From NCBI RefSeq assembly GCF_964204645.1, contig NC_134026.1, positions 25,578,150-25,642,149 on the forward strand: 64,000 nt of DNA, read 5' to 3'. The stretch comes from Tubulanus polymorphus (taxonomy: Eukaryota > Animalia > Nemertea). The first letter of the stretch is position 1. The number at the start of each line of letters is the position of its first letter. Shown here one piece after another: positions 40,701 through 56,000 of the stretch. Under the pieces are notes generated by a model. The model ran no database searches. It saw only the letters and a list, made by a program, of their open reading frames with translations, and was not told where the DNA came from. Position numbers and translations under genes: made by a program.

Positions 40701-41989
40701 GCTGTTATAGAAATGCAAAATACACCTAATTGTACTCTGTACCGATTACAAAATGGGACTTTCTCGCAAGTCTAATGGTCATTAGTGGGTATGCCCTTGG
40801 TACATGTATGCATGCGCTCAGCATGTTTATTCATTAGAAACAGTGAACTGATTTCAATTAATTACAACCAGCTGTATATCTGTGAGTTTAAAATTAACTT
40901 CTTTCATCTGCTGAATAAGAGTTCAGTAATGCTTGAATTTTCTTTCTCCAGTTCATCATATACTGCTGGTTGTTTTAATTGTTCGATCAGAAGTCTCGTA
41001 ACATGAGAGGTACAGATAGGCGTGATTCTCCGCTGCATTTGGGAGTCTTTATCACAGTTTTTCAGATGTGAAATGTGGAGGCAGAAGCTACTGTTCTGAC
41101 CTTGTAGCTCTGGATACACTTTTTGTTTTGACCTCATTCTATCATCAACTATGTAAATATAGAATTTGAAAAATTAGGGCTTATTAGCTTAAAATATTCT
41201 TTTTCGAAATGGATGTTCAAGTGTTGAAACCCTAAACCTCTAGTTTCTATGTTTTAAGTGGCCAGTGGAAGTTGTGAGAGTCTATATTTAGAACTGGAAA
41301 CAAAAGCTTCATTCTCTTTAAAATGCAAGTATCATAAGCCTGAAAATATGTACTTTTCTTGTTTATTTACTCAAGGATGTCAGAAAGTTTGATAAATAAA
41401 CTTGGAGTGCAAGAGTTCAAGCGATTAAATAAAGTACTGGGTGTTTATGATTAAGTTTTAGGAATCCATTCCCCTGTGAGATGCTTTTTATTGCTCTGAG
41501 GGATGGTTGAAGTGAACACTTCAGCAGCATATGCACAAGAACATGCATACTTAGCGGGTATTTACTATGGTGGTCAATATGTAAGGGAACTAAAGAGTTT
41601 TTTTTAAGAAATCTGCTTGAATTATTGCTGGTGAATTGCTTGATACTCTACTAGAGAATGATGTATGTATTGAATAGACTTCCTATACATAATGTATTTA
41701 ACAGGTTTCAAATGATCACAGTTTTAATTAGATACAGTTTCAATGGAAGTGCACTGACTGGAATTTAAATTAATTCTTGTCGGCGCCGATTGATTTTATT
41801 CCAATGAAATTTGAGCATGTATATATATATATGTACATACATAGGAATGTGTAGTGTCAGGTTCGGTGTTCGGCCTCAGTTGCCTTGGATTTGTGAGAAT
41901 GTTTCAGTGAGCTTCATGAAAATGTTGGTCATCGTTATATTCTTTGCGAGTTTAGGTTCTAACGAATTTTCATTCTTCATGTTTTCTAG

Positions 41990-42034
41990 GTAGCTTAACG
42001 CCATATAGTGGAACGCCAAGAACTTAAACCACAG
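41990..42034 (+). other. Candidate 45-nt internal 5'-UTR exon
   Basis: Branch-point CTAAC (~41959-41963), polypyrimidine tract 'ttttcattcttcatgttttctag|G' and consensus donor 'CAG|GTGAGT' at 42035, all on the same strand as the zinc-finger CDS. Confidence 0.55.
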
Positions 42035-45000
42035 GTGAGTGATGTCATATTTGTTAGACTTTCGAAACGAGAAACTGTTGAGCAATAACTTCTAGTTACA
42101 TTATCCGTCTTCTTACAAATCAATATCAGCTTACAAAAAAACCATCTTTAGATTTATTTGAATGTACGTATTAAACAGTCATTGAAGCTTAACCTATGAT
42201 GGTTTACCCTAGGGCTAGTAATTGTTGCAGAGTAAAAACCATATATTTATGTTGAAGGCTTGTGAAAGTCTGCTATCATCAGGATTCTTATATGTATTTA
42301 TATGGGTGTGGTACATTTGGAGATGGGTTTTGAAATTCTAGTGACTTCCATTAACTTGTTTAAATGACGTCTGCCACGATATGACAACAAGGCCGAGAAA
42401 AAACAGTCGTCGATTTGAAACCGGAAACGGAAGCTCAACTGATTCAAGCTTAATTAATTGGACACGCAGAACTGTACACTTTTTAATCAAAGATTTTCCC
42501 ATCATTAAGACAAAGGAAATCTAATGGCTAGGTGTCAGCTTTACATTCTTTTGTTTTAAAATTAATATTTTTATTGAACACACTTGTGGCAATTGATTGT
42601 GGCCTGGAATCTTTTGCGGGATGATGTCGGCGCAAACTTAATTTCGAAATATTCGACGAAATGTGAAAGGTTGCTTCAAATATTGAGGCATTTTGAGAGA
42701 ATTATAGACACGAATCATTAAACGCTATGAATAATTGAAACGTGCAATCTCTCGGGTTTATTTGAAAATACGGCCTAAGTTTCGATAAGAATCTTATTTC
42801 TTTCAATCCGTTCATGTATTTATGAATATTAAATTCACTGTTTTTCAACGTCGGCTTTGATGGGAATTTTCAGCTGTTTTCCGTCGATACTTTGTTTTTG
42901 AAATATTGATTCACCATCAACACAACTATCAACCAAAGTAGAAACCATCCATGTTAGAGTTTCATCCTTAGAAAAATAGTTACATGACTGGTAAAACTTG
43001 ATAGCAGGCCTAATTGATGTCTAAAATGTTATGACATTTTGCTTTCCGTCTTGAATTTGTAAAAATAGTTAAAAACAGTGAATTTGTTTGTCGAGTAAGA
43101 ATCAGGTTAGCTCATATCAGTCAACGATCCCAACGGAAAAACTACCGTAAACATTTTCACTTTCTTGAAATAATATTAAACTACTGCAAGATACGCTGTG
43201 TTAATGAGGGCTGTTTATGTGTACATTTGACTGAAAATAACATGGATTATTTTGCTGATAAGCGCTACCTCAGACATTACAGTTACATGATCAGAAGTTT
43301 CAATTAGTACGTGTAGTGGTAGGAAGTCTAGACTTGGCATACCTCATTATAGTACATGAGAGCTGAAGATTCATTTTCACATTTCGGTGATCAAAAAAGG
43401 AGAAGTTGATGAAGTATTGTCACATTTGCCATGTGATTAGTATATGATTTCAATTTGCAACTGCCATTGAAATACCATTGAATACAGCGGAATTTCGATT
43501 TCATAATCATGCTAATATCCAATTGATTGATGTTGGGAATGCGTAATCAAGATGGAAATTTTTACTCCGTATTAATCATCTTAAAGTCTGTAGTTGTCCG
43601 AAGAAGAAGCTATTTAATCGGTACAGGCCGAGGCCGATTGCGCGCCACAGCGTTCAAAGAGGCCATTATTGAAGTTACAAGCTCGCGTATAGCATACCAT
43701 CACAGAAATAATGAACTGTGGCTTAAATAGATTGTAGTTGATGATAAGTATGTATTTTTATGTGCATTTGAAGAATATGAAGATGAAATTTGCAATGAGA
43801 TTTTGTTGTCATGGTGACCAATAGACTGGCTAGTAAAATAAATAGCAATATTATGGCCTGAAGGAGCATAGTGCACTGGGTGTCCGTGCGTACTTGATTG
43901 GCTCTGCTCTCTGCCGGCTCAACTGTTTTTACGACTAGATAAATTAAGGCGCAAATGAAAATCCGTTCGACGAGTGCGAAAATGAAATTTCACTCGCGAC
44001 ACGAATGATTGTACTGAAAAAGCGGAACGCGTCACCGTCTAAGACTTCAATTAAACGACAGAGTCGACGGCGACTTTTCTCTTATTGGAGTTTACGTCTT
44101 TAGCCTGTTTAAGGCAGGCAGGCCGCATACTACGGCGTACTGCTATGTGTCCATGGCAAACTCACACCACTTCTTTGAAGCCTTCAGGCTAAATCTCTAT
44201 AGACGTGTTATTGTAGTAGAATGACAGAAAATGATAGTTGTATTTCCACCTGCTTTAGCATCATCTGTCAACAGCGCCAGAGATTCTCGACCTTGCAGGT
44301 TTCGATTACATAGGTGGCGTTAGCTGTTGCAGTCTTCTACAATACATGTTGTTGGTGTTTGGTAAACACAATTCATCTTGCAGCTCTTGTGAAAGAGATA
44401 AGGGAAGGCAGAATTTGATATAAGCTTCAAGCTTTTAGATTACGTTACATTTCAATATTTATGGTCACTAGTCTTAAGAGATGTTGACACTTAATTGGAA
44501 GAGGCTTATCTTATATACTTAACTAATACGGCTGAAGTATTGCGAGATAAAACCTCAATTGGAAATGATTTATTGCGATGAAAATTTCATTTAATCAGAA
44601 GTAAACGCGCGAGTGTTTATTGTCAGAATTTCTGAAAATATTCCGTCGCGATAGCATATCCTCGAGTTGATTTTATGAAATTAAACGGTTTTGAATGGAT
44701 TTTCTTCAGCCTTTGTGGTTTCCCTTTCTTGTTCCGCACTTTGCCCTTCCGCGTTGAAACAATCGAAGATTTATAATCGAATTAGAATTTGAATTTAATT
44801 GCCGTCAGTGTTTAATATCCCGTTTAAATTAAAAGCCATAAAATACTGTTTAATGCCTTCCAGCTTTTGTCGCGGCGGAATCCTCTCAATGTTCTCGGTT
44901 TGTCGGATGTCGATTGATTCATTTCTGTCGCAGAGGCGCGCTGACGACGATTAAAGCGTTTCCGCGCGGTATCGAGAATCGAAATTTCATAAAATTCAAA

Positions 45001-47027
45001 CTCAATTACGGGAAATTTCAATTGAATCTCGCGCAGGTATCGCGTAACCGAAGCACCGCGCGATGATTAAGCAATGACTTCCGAGAGCGAACATCGCCTT
45101 GGGATTTCAGACGGCTTTAGCTCAATATTTACAAATTAAATCACTTTGAAAATGCCTCATCATTCGCTTGAACGACATTTCGAATTTAGTTTTAACATTG
45201 TTAAATCGATTCAAACGTCGGCCTCCAGTGAAATGCAACATTTGTCTCGACGAGCGAGAGCTCGGGTTTCGTGCCACAGGTTTTGTTCGCGAAATTAGAT
45301 TATATTGAAGAATTTGATTTTTCTTATTTTGAATATTTGGTTTCAACGATTAAACAGAAAAATAGGAGCACAGGCGAATAGAGGAATAGAGTGTTTATAA
45401 TTTGATTATTGGTCGCCCGTTTCCGATTTTGAAATTCCAGTAATGATATATCGATTGACGTTGATAAATTACTATTTCTCTAAACTTTAAGTAATGACGA
45501 ATTTACTGAATGACTCGCTTTTCAAGGACATATTGATTGACCTCCCGGTTGAATTCTATCCGAGATCTAGGAGAACTAGGAGCCGTCTCTATCCGCCGTA
45601 CATACAATGCGTTATATATCCGAGCTCCCTGTGGACCTATATTCCTTGCGGACCTGGAATTATTTTCATCCGACCGATAGCCCTTTCCATCGTCATGTGA
45701 ATCATTACGATTTTAAAGACAATTTCTGATCCCATTACCATGTATTGTGCTCCGTGCTTCAGAGCTTCCTCCACGAACTGAAAATTAATTGACGGCTAAT
45801 CCTGGACAAGGATTTCAATTACTGGCTGGAGTCCAGTAGCCATTAACTTAAACCATACATCATTAAAATGTCGAGAGTGAGTTTTAGTGCTTCAACTCCT
45901 TTCGGTATAGAGAATGTTTGCAGGCTTGTTTTATTTTATTTTTGGAAAGTGCATGCACTTTAATACACACGGTCAGACTCTGCAGGTAAAACCTTAGATT
46001 AACCCGCCGGAGTTCTTTTGTAAACATATAAAACCTAAACCATTAGAAACTGGATAGGTCAAGAATTTCAATCGCGTTTTTCTTAACTTGAAAAAAAACT
46101 CAGGTCTCAATAGAATTGGCTTTGTCTATGGCAGGAAATCTATTATTGTTCGTCTTATCTTCAGCTTCAGCTCGAAATTTATTAGAATTTATGCCGTCGA
46201 CCAGATGTATAACGATTATAAGTTTATCTCGTTGCTAAGAAATGCTCTCAATGCATTTGATAATTGAGAAACTTTGTGGCCAGAAGGTGTATTTCAATCA
46301 AACGGTACTTCTTCTCTCGGCTGAGTCACTTTTCTATGTGAAGTTTATTTTTGAATCTGGCGAGATCACACCGAAGTGTAATTGTCACTGTCGGGTCCAA
46401 ATCAATCGATTTCTAAGGAAGAAAATCGTTATGAAGCGTAGATGATTCCTTTTTGACGATGCGGACATTGTTCGAAGCAGTTTTAGAACTGATAAGTATT
46501 TGTCAATTAGTCGCATAGATGTGATATATCCGAAGACTTGATTTTCAACGGAGATCCGCTGTCTGAATTATGAAGTGTAATCGCGTCTAGTTATGATATG
46601 AAATTGATGAATTCATCGATTGAGTCATGACAGAATAAAGTTTCATCTCTGGTACACCCGAGACAATCTCTCCCTGTTGTCCATTATGCCGTGCGTCGGC
46701 TTCTATTGAAAATCATGAATTATTGAAACATGTATGTGTACGTACCCAATTAGAAATTTTATTGTACAATGATCATTAAATATTTCACTTATGCCCTCCA
46801 ACCGATTTGATAATTTCTCACGGAAACGGGCGGCTGGTTGTTTCATCCGATGAATTAAAGCCTTCCGACTTTCGTGTTAAAATTTAATGTCGGATATTGT
46901 ATGCAGAATACAGACAGAATTAGAAGTAACTAAAAAATGTCGAAGTCTGAACGCATTCAGGTGGTTTTGCAACATTTTGAAGTTTGTTATTTGAATGGAA
47001 TTTTTTTATGTGCTTTACAGGGATATC

Positions 47028-47031
47028 TATA

Positions 47032-47078
<47 letters not shown>
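47028..47078. repeat. (TA)n microsatellite
   Basis: About 25 TA units with two TG interruptions; this is the source of the IYIYIY pseudo-ORFs. Confidence 0.95.
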
Positions 47079-50000
47079 GAATACATTTGCGCTGAATAGT
47101 TTGTCAAACAAAAATATCTATTTGCTTTTTGTGAGGGCATGCTTCGTTAAATTTTCTGTCTACAATAAAATATAACGTGTTGGGTTTATTTCAATTTGCC
47201 CCAAAGTTCAATTTAATTGTATGAAATGAAATGAACCTGCTCATTCAAGTGTGCATGTTCCGATGTGCTGGGCAGGTCAAAAGAGCATATATTGTATTTT
47301 CCAAGTTTTATTTTAATGAGTCGTCTGGCTACCAACAATACACGAGGTAAAATTCACGTCTTCTTTAAACCTTTAAATTCATATATACTTAAGATATTAC
47401 TCTAATATACGTAATTGTTTTCTGCGTTATGGAATGCAATCTTTGACGTCTGTCGTAAGTGTATTAAAATGTAATTAAAATACTGTAGTTGACATTCATA
47501 AACTAACAGGCACACACTGTTCGAACATCCATTGCTGCGCAGCACAACATCACTGAGTCTCTTGTCATTTGGCTTTTTTATTACCCTTTCCATCGCCCAT
47601 ATATTCATCTCGTGCATGTTTGAAATTTCAACCAGCCTCCAGCCTCGTCTCACACCACCGTACAGATACTGTGTACTGTATATTCAGCCTCGATCGGTTT
47701 CGTGTTCGGCGCGCGTTAAAATTCAAAGGTGCAGTGAAATTTATTAACTGGTCACAGCGGAGGACGGAGAATTAAATGACACCTTGGGCCATTGTCTTAG
47801 TCATGCTGATCATTTAATGGCCTGAATCTTTCAAATTCTATACATCTGCCGACATTAAAATGGCATCTTTGAATGCCCTGAGATTCAAATGACTCATCGC
47901 CACCACCACAAGGCCAGACAATGCATGTCCGCCGCTGTTTCAATTGACTGAAAAGCTGTGAGAACCGACGAAGCACGAGATGGCTGTAAAATACCATTAG
48001 AAATACTTTACGTGCTTATACATTTTTACATATTGCAGTACTTGCGGTGCTCATATTGAGGGTACATCGGTCAATTTTAGAAATGATAAGGTATTTGAAA
48101 TTTGACATAATCAGCGACCTAAGTTGCCCCATGTTGTTTGATTCCTTTCGGACTACTCTTCAGGAAATCTTCCTGATATCTCAATGGCCTTGAATATCTA
48201 ATGAAACTTGTTTTCCATTGCTTATAGTGGAATTTATGTTTCCGTGTATCCTCATTGACCCTTTCAATTGCATCGACGTACACATATCTTGTTTGAGAAT
48301 TATTGACTGGGAGAACTTCACACTAAAAAAAAAGTTGGTGTTATCATCTTCACCTGAAGTAAAACACCGTGCAATATCCACCTTCCATGAAACAATAACT
48401 GTTAGAAAAAAAAGCTTGTGGTGAAATAGGATACTTTTTTTACAAGACATCTTACAGTTTACTTTTATTACACTTCAAATCTCATATTGTACTGATGTCA
48501 GTACACAATAGAGAAGTGATACCTCTTAACTACAATTCAATAATCAAGTTTATAATTTCTTGAACCTTCGCGTTTCTTCCTACTTCTCAACATAAACGTC
48601 AACTAAACAAAAAAGTAAGTGTTATTTCTCAACAATGTTATTCTTAGAAGTCATTTTTTTCTCTCGCCTATTCGGCATCAAGTTAAAACTGAAACTTGAA
48701 ATTTCTTAAAAGCTGTTTGTCAGTTCATTCCAAAAAGTCTTTTCCGCGCTCATATTTGAAACCGAGGAATGTTTTAGATAGCGATGTTGTGTATATTGAA
48801 ATACACAATGTTTATCTTATAGATGAAAAAGGTGGCTTCCTAACGCAGACACTTGTAGGCCCCAATATACATATTTCATTATGAACGATTGAAGTTTACA
48901 ATTCGTTTAACTTTGTATCTCGACACCCTCGTCTTTTTTTCTTTTGAGCCTGTAACGATTTTTTCAAAAGGCTCCGTTTTATCTTTCCCGATGCACGCAT
49001 AAAATGCTTTGGAAATTGAATAAAAACGCATCAAAAAGATGAATATCTTTTAAACTGTGTGAGCGTAAAATTATTGTAACCGGCTGCGTGTGTGTCTGCG
49101 TGAAGATTGGTCTCAGCTCTGCAGCCGTGTGCTTCAGCATTGCGTAAGTTCAATAACGTTTTATCATGAAACAAAGGAAAATCTTTATTTGCTGAAAATG
49201 TTGGGCAGATGGTCAAAGATCTGTAACGATACTGTTACTAGTCGGATCTAGTGCCGCTTATAAAAGACTTACTACACCTCCGTGCATGCGTGGACACTAT
49301 CTGAATTCTAGACTGAATATTTGTTTAAGTCAAAAAGCCTACTCACATATTTTACAAAATAGTTATACCTCATATTTTGAACACTACCAGACATCAGACA
49401 TTGATTAGTGATTTCTTTTTGATTCAGGTAGTTTCAGAAGTATCTACCCACACTTCTCCGCTATTTTAATACGTTGTGTCGAATGTAATTTTAAGGGATT
49501 GCTGTATTATCCTGTTTTATGCGAAAATGCTGCTCCTGTTGTCATTATTGTCTCCGATTAATTGCCGGATAAAATTTAAATAGAATTGAAATTCAAGAAA
49601 GCAGTAATCTTGTATACGATGGCGACGAGGCTGTCGCCAGCATCATATTATTTTTGCTGGCGTCGGTTTCGAATTCAGCGGCTAATTGGATAATTATCGT
49701 TTGCTTCGGCAAAGATTTATTCTCTGTTTTGATTACACTTTCACACACTAAACTACTGTCTGAAAGTTGAAATCTGCCGCGTGTGTTATTTCAAATGTCA
49801 GAATTAGTATGATTTATATTTCTAATCCACACTTCTAATAACCTAAATTAAAATCTTGCCGCTGGCGACCATGCCGCATGGTGAATTTACGGATAACATT
49901 TCCAATTTCCATATTTAAAATTGAGCCACGGCTGGTTGGCGCGTGCCTTCTTTTGTATCGACGCATTAGGGCCTATGATCTTCTATATGAGTACTATATG

Positions 50001-53000
50001 AGATGGGATCGGCTTGATATTTATATATAAGAGATGCGATATATATTTTCACTCCACTTTGAGAATGCAATTTTAGTAAACTATGCGCGTTGAAAATCTA
50101 TTGCCAAACTATTGAACGGAGAGCGTCCAATTCTGCTCAGGAACTGGGCATATCGTAATGGATTAAACTTGATAATTACTCTTGATAATTACACAATCTC
50201 TCGATGGCAAGCTAAATTAAATCAATCGATCATCACAGTTGAAGGTCATTCATTGTCTTTAAATTCACTGGACATTTCAACTGAACCTACTTCAGCACTT
50301 CTTATGACAACAACAGTTGGTGCCAAGTCATTAATTAGTTCTGATATCATTAGGCAGGAGGCTTTAAAAACTTCTCTCAGAGCCCGTTTCCTTTCACAGT
50401 AACTTCTTCAGTTAGATGATTGAAAATGAACTAATTTAAGTCCGATCTAAATCTAACTCTAACTTGGAACTGGGTCCGATCAATATTAATGATTATAGCG
50501 AATATGATTGCGAAATGTTAGTTTGTGTAAAGGAGTGTCGTTTAAATCTATTTCTCATTATGAATGCTGAAACACCGGCGGCCATGTTTTCTATCCAAGC
50601 TTGATTTGTTCACGCTCACACGGTCGGTCGTTCACGGCTTCAATACTTTTAAAATGAAAGTTAATAAAGAGGAATCTGCGTTTCCCCCGTAGCTCGACTT
50701 CACTCTGTGTCTCTCTCTGCCTCCATTTAATACACTCGAGTTCACTCGTCTATCACCATTTCGCATTTTAGTATTGAAAATTTCAAAGAGATACCTCGGA
50801 CAGCCTGTAGATAAAACGCGAGCAACGACTGATGAGATACAATTCAAGACACGTACTTACGGCATTTCCCGGCTTTGTGAAATAGAAATTTACTCAGTTT
50901 CACATTTTACTGCAAAAAAATTGGGTTTGCTCACTGGCCTGTGTTTGCCATTTCAGATCTTGTACGCTGCGGGCATTGTTCACTTTTCTTGCAATGAACG
51001 CGCGTTTGAAGTCAATGGTCTTGCTTTCGCCACACTTATTGAAGTGTTTTCATGAGCCATATTTCCTCACTCTATAAAGCACACGAGACCTGAAAGCGCA
51101 AACCGCATTTTCCTTGCATCGCATGCATAAAAATCTGCAAACTTCATCACAAAAGATCGCATCTATGCGTATATATGAAATGAAATTTTTAAAGAATGCC
51201 ATGGCTTAATCTTGGATAATTTGGAATCTAGAATATGATACATTATTGCTTAGAAGAATATGATTCCTACAATTGGCAAAATCATTTTACTAGAACAAGA
51301 TAGGGTTCGATCAATTGAATCTTAAGATTTTTCATTGGTGATCATTCATATTTCAATTAAGCTCCTGATTCGTTCCCAGCAGGTGTGGTAGGTTTGAAAG
51401 GAACACCAAACCAAATCAAAATCAATCATTTCAAGATCGAGAAACCACAACTGTAGAACTGACTCTCATAAAGCTTATGGAATCATAGTTGTTTCTTTTT
51501 TACCGGTAATGCACCCGATTGAACCCCTAGACACATACAGCTATCATGCGGCCAATATTGCAATGTTGAATTTTATTTCAGCAAATAAAATTCTACTTTT
51601 ATGGCATGCCTTTGAACGTGCCTCAGCCATTCCACGGTTCCTGTTCGAAACGGAAAGGTTTTTAAAAACTGATGCTCGATTACAAAGCAATAAATTCTTT
51701 GTAGCGCGTTATTTTACAACGTACTTGAAAAATTACCGCCATGCCATTTAATTTTATGTGGCCAGCTCATTGTACGATGATGTTGCTGTTAGAATTAGCG
51801 GGTTATGTGCATAAAATTTTATCATGTTTTTTATGTGTTTCTATTGCTTCCAAATCAATTGTACATTGATGCTTTTAAATTGAAACGTCTCTCGGCGTGG
51901 GGCAAATTTTTTCAGGCCATTAATTTGTTGCCGGCCCAGCATGATGGTGCACTGCAGTGGATTTGCTTTCTGACAATTTATGGATTTCTTTTCGTTGATA
52001 TTCTTTTACATTTGAAGAATTCAACTATAATCTATTCCATTGAATAGTGGTTTGTGATAAACTTTTCACGGCTAAAAACTTGTCTCAAAACTAGTTATTT
52101 CAAAACAAATCAAACTATTTATACATTATACATGAATAAAATGCTGATTAGAATGTAGATATTCATTTGTTTTCACTTGTGTTAGCATTCTCTGCGCAAA
52201 TGAATATACTTTGAAATTCAGGTGCACTATTTACACTGATTAATCTTAAGTAAACTCAATTTCTAATATCATTTATTGGCCGGCTCAAGATAAACTCTTC
52301 CGCAAAGAGTGGATAACCGAGCGCAGATGGGTAAGGTTATTTGAGTGCAAACTGCTTTTTAACGGGCTATACAAAACCATAAACGATATACATTTCAATT
52401 GAAACCAATCTGAGAATCTCGGAATTCATGTTTCACGATCGTTTTTTTTTCGGATAGAACTTGGCGAGCATGCCGAGCAATGGATTACAGCGTACTGCGT
52501 TTTAAAATGAAGTGATCGTTATAATTTAATTCCGAAGGATTAAGTAGTAAAACCGCAACCACGCCGGCTGCCATATTCACTTAAAACATCGAGAAGAGTT
52601 CACTTAGTTTGAAATTTATTTAACCATTCGCCTATCACTTTCCGCGCGATATAACGAGAGTTCGAAGTGTGGTCTGAGTCAGAGGCTGATTTGTGGTTGA
52701 AAGTGTTGACGGTATTGGTCTATCCACGCCGGCTGAAATATTCCCGTCGTAGTCGTCGTCTTTAAATAGATTCAAAATATAAAGGCGAACTTTAAGTCTT
52801 GAAATTATCGCCGGTGAAGATCTCTCGAGTCGTGGCTATGAATCTTGATGAACCGCTGCCAGAACAAAGCCGGTCTGTATTCCGAACTGATTTTGAGTTT
52901 CAATTCGTACTACGTTTGTATACGGAATTTACTGTAATATTTATCAGTCGTGCGCAATTAACTTCACACAAGTGGATAAGGTTGTTTTACAATGAGTCAA

Positions 53001-56000
53001 ATGTAAGGTAAAAAGTTCAAGTCGAAAAATCGAAATGCCTCCAAGACAGGTACTAACACTTTAAGTGCGTGTGGGCTAAAACTTTGTCGAGAAATGTAGA
53101 TATTAATGTAATTTATTAGTTTTTCCTCATCACTGCAGCTGGTCGGTTCTTTCAAAGTTGACGGAATTTGAATTTAAAGGAAACATTGTTCGTGTCTCCA
53201 GGGGTTTACATCTGATGTATATGGTCTAAAATGGCAATTTGCATGTATTTAATTTTTAATGATATTCCTATACTGCTCGGCATATGGTATTGAATTCATG
53301 CTGACTTATGTACCCTTGATTAATATCATTTAAGCGTAATGCATCATTTATTGTATATATCACATTGAGATGGTTCGGAAATCATATTCTAGTCCATTTA
53401 CATGATGAGAAGGCTTTTGGCTTTATATTTTCGTATTTCTCGACAATTTTTTGTTAAGATTTTAGAAGTTCAGTTGGAAATCAGCCATCAAAAGGGATAA
53501 TTTAGGTAATCTTGTTTTATGCTTGTCTGCTGGGCGTCACTTTAAAAAACTAATCAATTTTGGTATGATTCAGTCAGAATACCTGACAATCCTTCAGCCA
53601 TTTGAAGTGGCTTGAATTTCTACATCAAAACCATAGTTTCTGTTTTATGTCCTTTACGGAACAAAACTCAAATCTCAGCATGTTTAATGACTTCGTCCCC
53701 TGACCATTGACAATCTGCTTATGTATTTCAAACGACATGTCAAAATTGTGCGGTGTGCATTTCGTTTGAAGGATTTTAACCTGAAATTGGTAAATTTGCC
53801 GCCGCATTGGCTTTTCAAAGCTGCAGACCTCTGACGCAGTCTGATGGAATAAATGTGCAAAGCAGTTTTTGAATTGCCGGCGAGCGAAAAATGGCATGAA
53901 CTAATGTAAGATTTCAAGGAAAAATGATACATGATTTTCTCATTAAAATCTATAGCTCAGCAGGAAATGAGTCGAATGACTAAACTGAACTTAATGAGAC
54001 TTAGCATTTGAAATATGGTCTGCATCAGATTCACGAGGCTCTGCTTCGGTGTTTGATAGATATCTGAAAAATTACTCTAGTTGCAAAGACTGTTCTGTAG
54101 TTGTTTTGAATTAATCTTCGAATGACGATCATTGTTGTTGTCAACCTAATAATAAATCTTGAAATATAGAAAATACCTGGTTCAAAATCGCAGGATTTAT
54201 TGACTATTTTTACAAAGGAAATGCATTCTGAAGGCTATACAATAAAAGTTGGGTCTGCAAAAAATATTTTTGTTGTATATAGTAGAGAGAAATTCTATGA
54301 TATCTAAACAATTCTCGTTTGAATATTCATTTTCCAGCTGTTCAGAAAATACCACTGTTTTTACTAAGACTGGTAGTTTTTAGTGTCGGCGTTCTACTAC
54401 AGGGTATCTATCTACAATACCAGTGGTGGGTCATTAATGCTCCCTTGGCTTCTGCCCCTTCAACTGCTGCTCCATCCATCACCTGATAAACTTCTTGACC
54501 GGTCCTTTCTCCCTCGAGTGTGTTTGCACTGTAAGAAAAATTACCAATTTCCCCCGCTGGATTACAGCCACCTCATCTGTTTTAATACATGAACTTCAGC
54601 CAAACGTTCATTCAAATTGGACTCGGGCGAAAAATTCGCGATGTTAGGCCATCAATTTTTATCCGCACGATGCCATTGACCATCGGTTTATATTTGTCAA
54701 ATTGGCATTCCGCACAGACGCCGGACGTCAATTATAATACTTTATGCCATCGAGTGGACTTATCGGAGGCCGGAGTCGGATGTGGAAATTCAAGAATCCC
54801 AATCAATTTCATTCTAGCTTTATTTGGATTCATGTTGACTCATGGTATAAGAAACATACTCAATCATGCCAACGAATGTGTTTTTGTCGTTTTTTAAAGC
54901 GATAAAACCATACCTCCTACTCGCTATGAGTCCGGTGTAGTATAACATCTCGCGCACCACATGTTGGGTCCAACGCGAATACCAGTTTGAATGGGTTAAA
55001 ATTGTTGTTAGACGCATGTGAAACATTGGACAATGGTCAAAACAATGCTTGACCTTTGAAAATCCGGACATGTCGGCTAAACTTTTTTCAAAGCTCAGAT
55101 TTTTTTCTTTATCTTGGAAAGTCAGATAAATTGATATAATCCATCCATGAATGTGCATGTCTGGTTCGTCTAATTTCTATAATAACATTTCACTGCATTC
55201 AATTTTCTTGTCTGGCATTTTGCAACCGTAATTTTATAAATTTTCATTCAAATCGATATTGATTGTCAAATATTTTCAACTTTGAAATGAATTAATTAGA
55301 TTATTTGCAATTTTGCATATTTGATAATCCGCTTAGAAATGATTGATTTGTTAAATTATAGCCTTCTTGACAACGTTTAATTTCATATTTTAGAATGATA
55401 GGGAAATAAAAATACTGGTAAAAGTGATAATTGATTATTGATTGGATGTTAGGATTTGATCATTAAAATCTAATCGTCCTGTTGATTGTCAGTTGTTGTC
55501 TGGCAGCTCCAGGGAGTTTGACACCCATCACTTAAAAACAAAATGCGAAAAACAATACTACATTACAATTGACCTGTCTCAGAAGAAGTTTGACACATCA
55601 TGGCGGTATACTGCCAACCATACTGTTTGTCATTCAATGTTTGCAGTTGGCAAATTTAGTTTTCTTTTGATCATGTATTATTTTATGAATTTAATACTAG
55701 TGTAGGCACAGGTGAACAATACATATATTATTCTATTTATGAATTAGCCCTATGGCCAATTGTCCGGCGTGTTCGTATGCAAATGAGAGATTTTTAATTA
55801 ATTCATAAGGATTAGACCAATTAGTATAGGTGAAAATTGCTGGTGTTATTGTTCCAATTACTAACATTATTCAGGTATGTCACAAATGACAATACTTGAT
55901 GTAACATTGACATATTTAACATTTTGACTCAGGCATCAATCGAGTCACTTTCAGTTCGCTCAATATTTAAACTGGATTAAACTGTCCAAGTGATCGGAGC

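Noticed and set aside
45637-45780. Minus-strand peptide containing MERAIGRMK, resembling the Harbinger/ISL2EU transposase motif VERAIGRIK
   Set aside because: Only about 9 residues match, spacing to upstream residues is wrong and a stop follows. It would need TBLASTN support.
48135-48170. Minus-strand CTGAAGA-gtagtcc-GAAA-ggaatc hammerhead-like string
   Set aside because: Stem II has only 1-2 bp and stems I and III are not supported.
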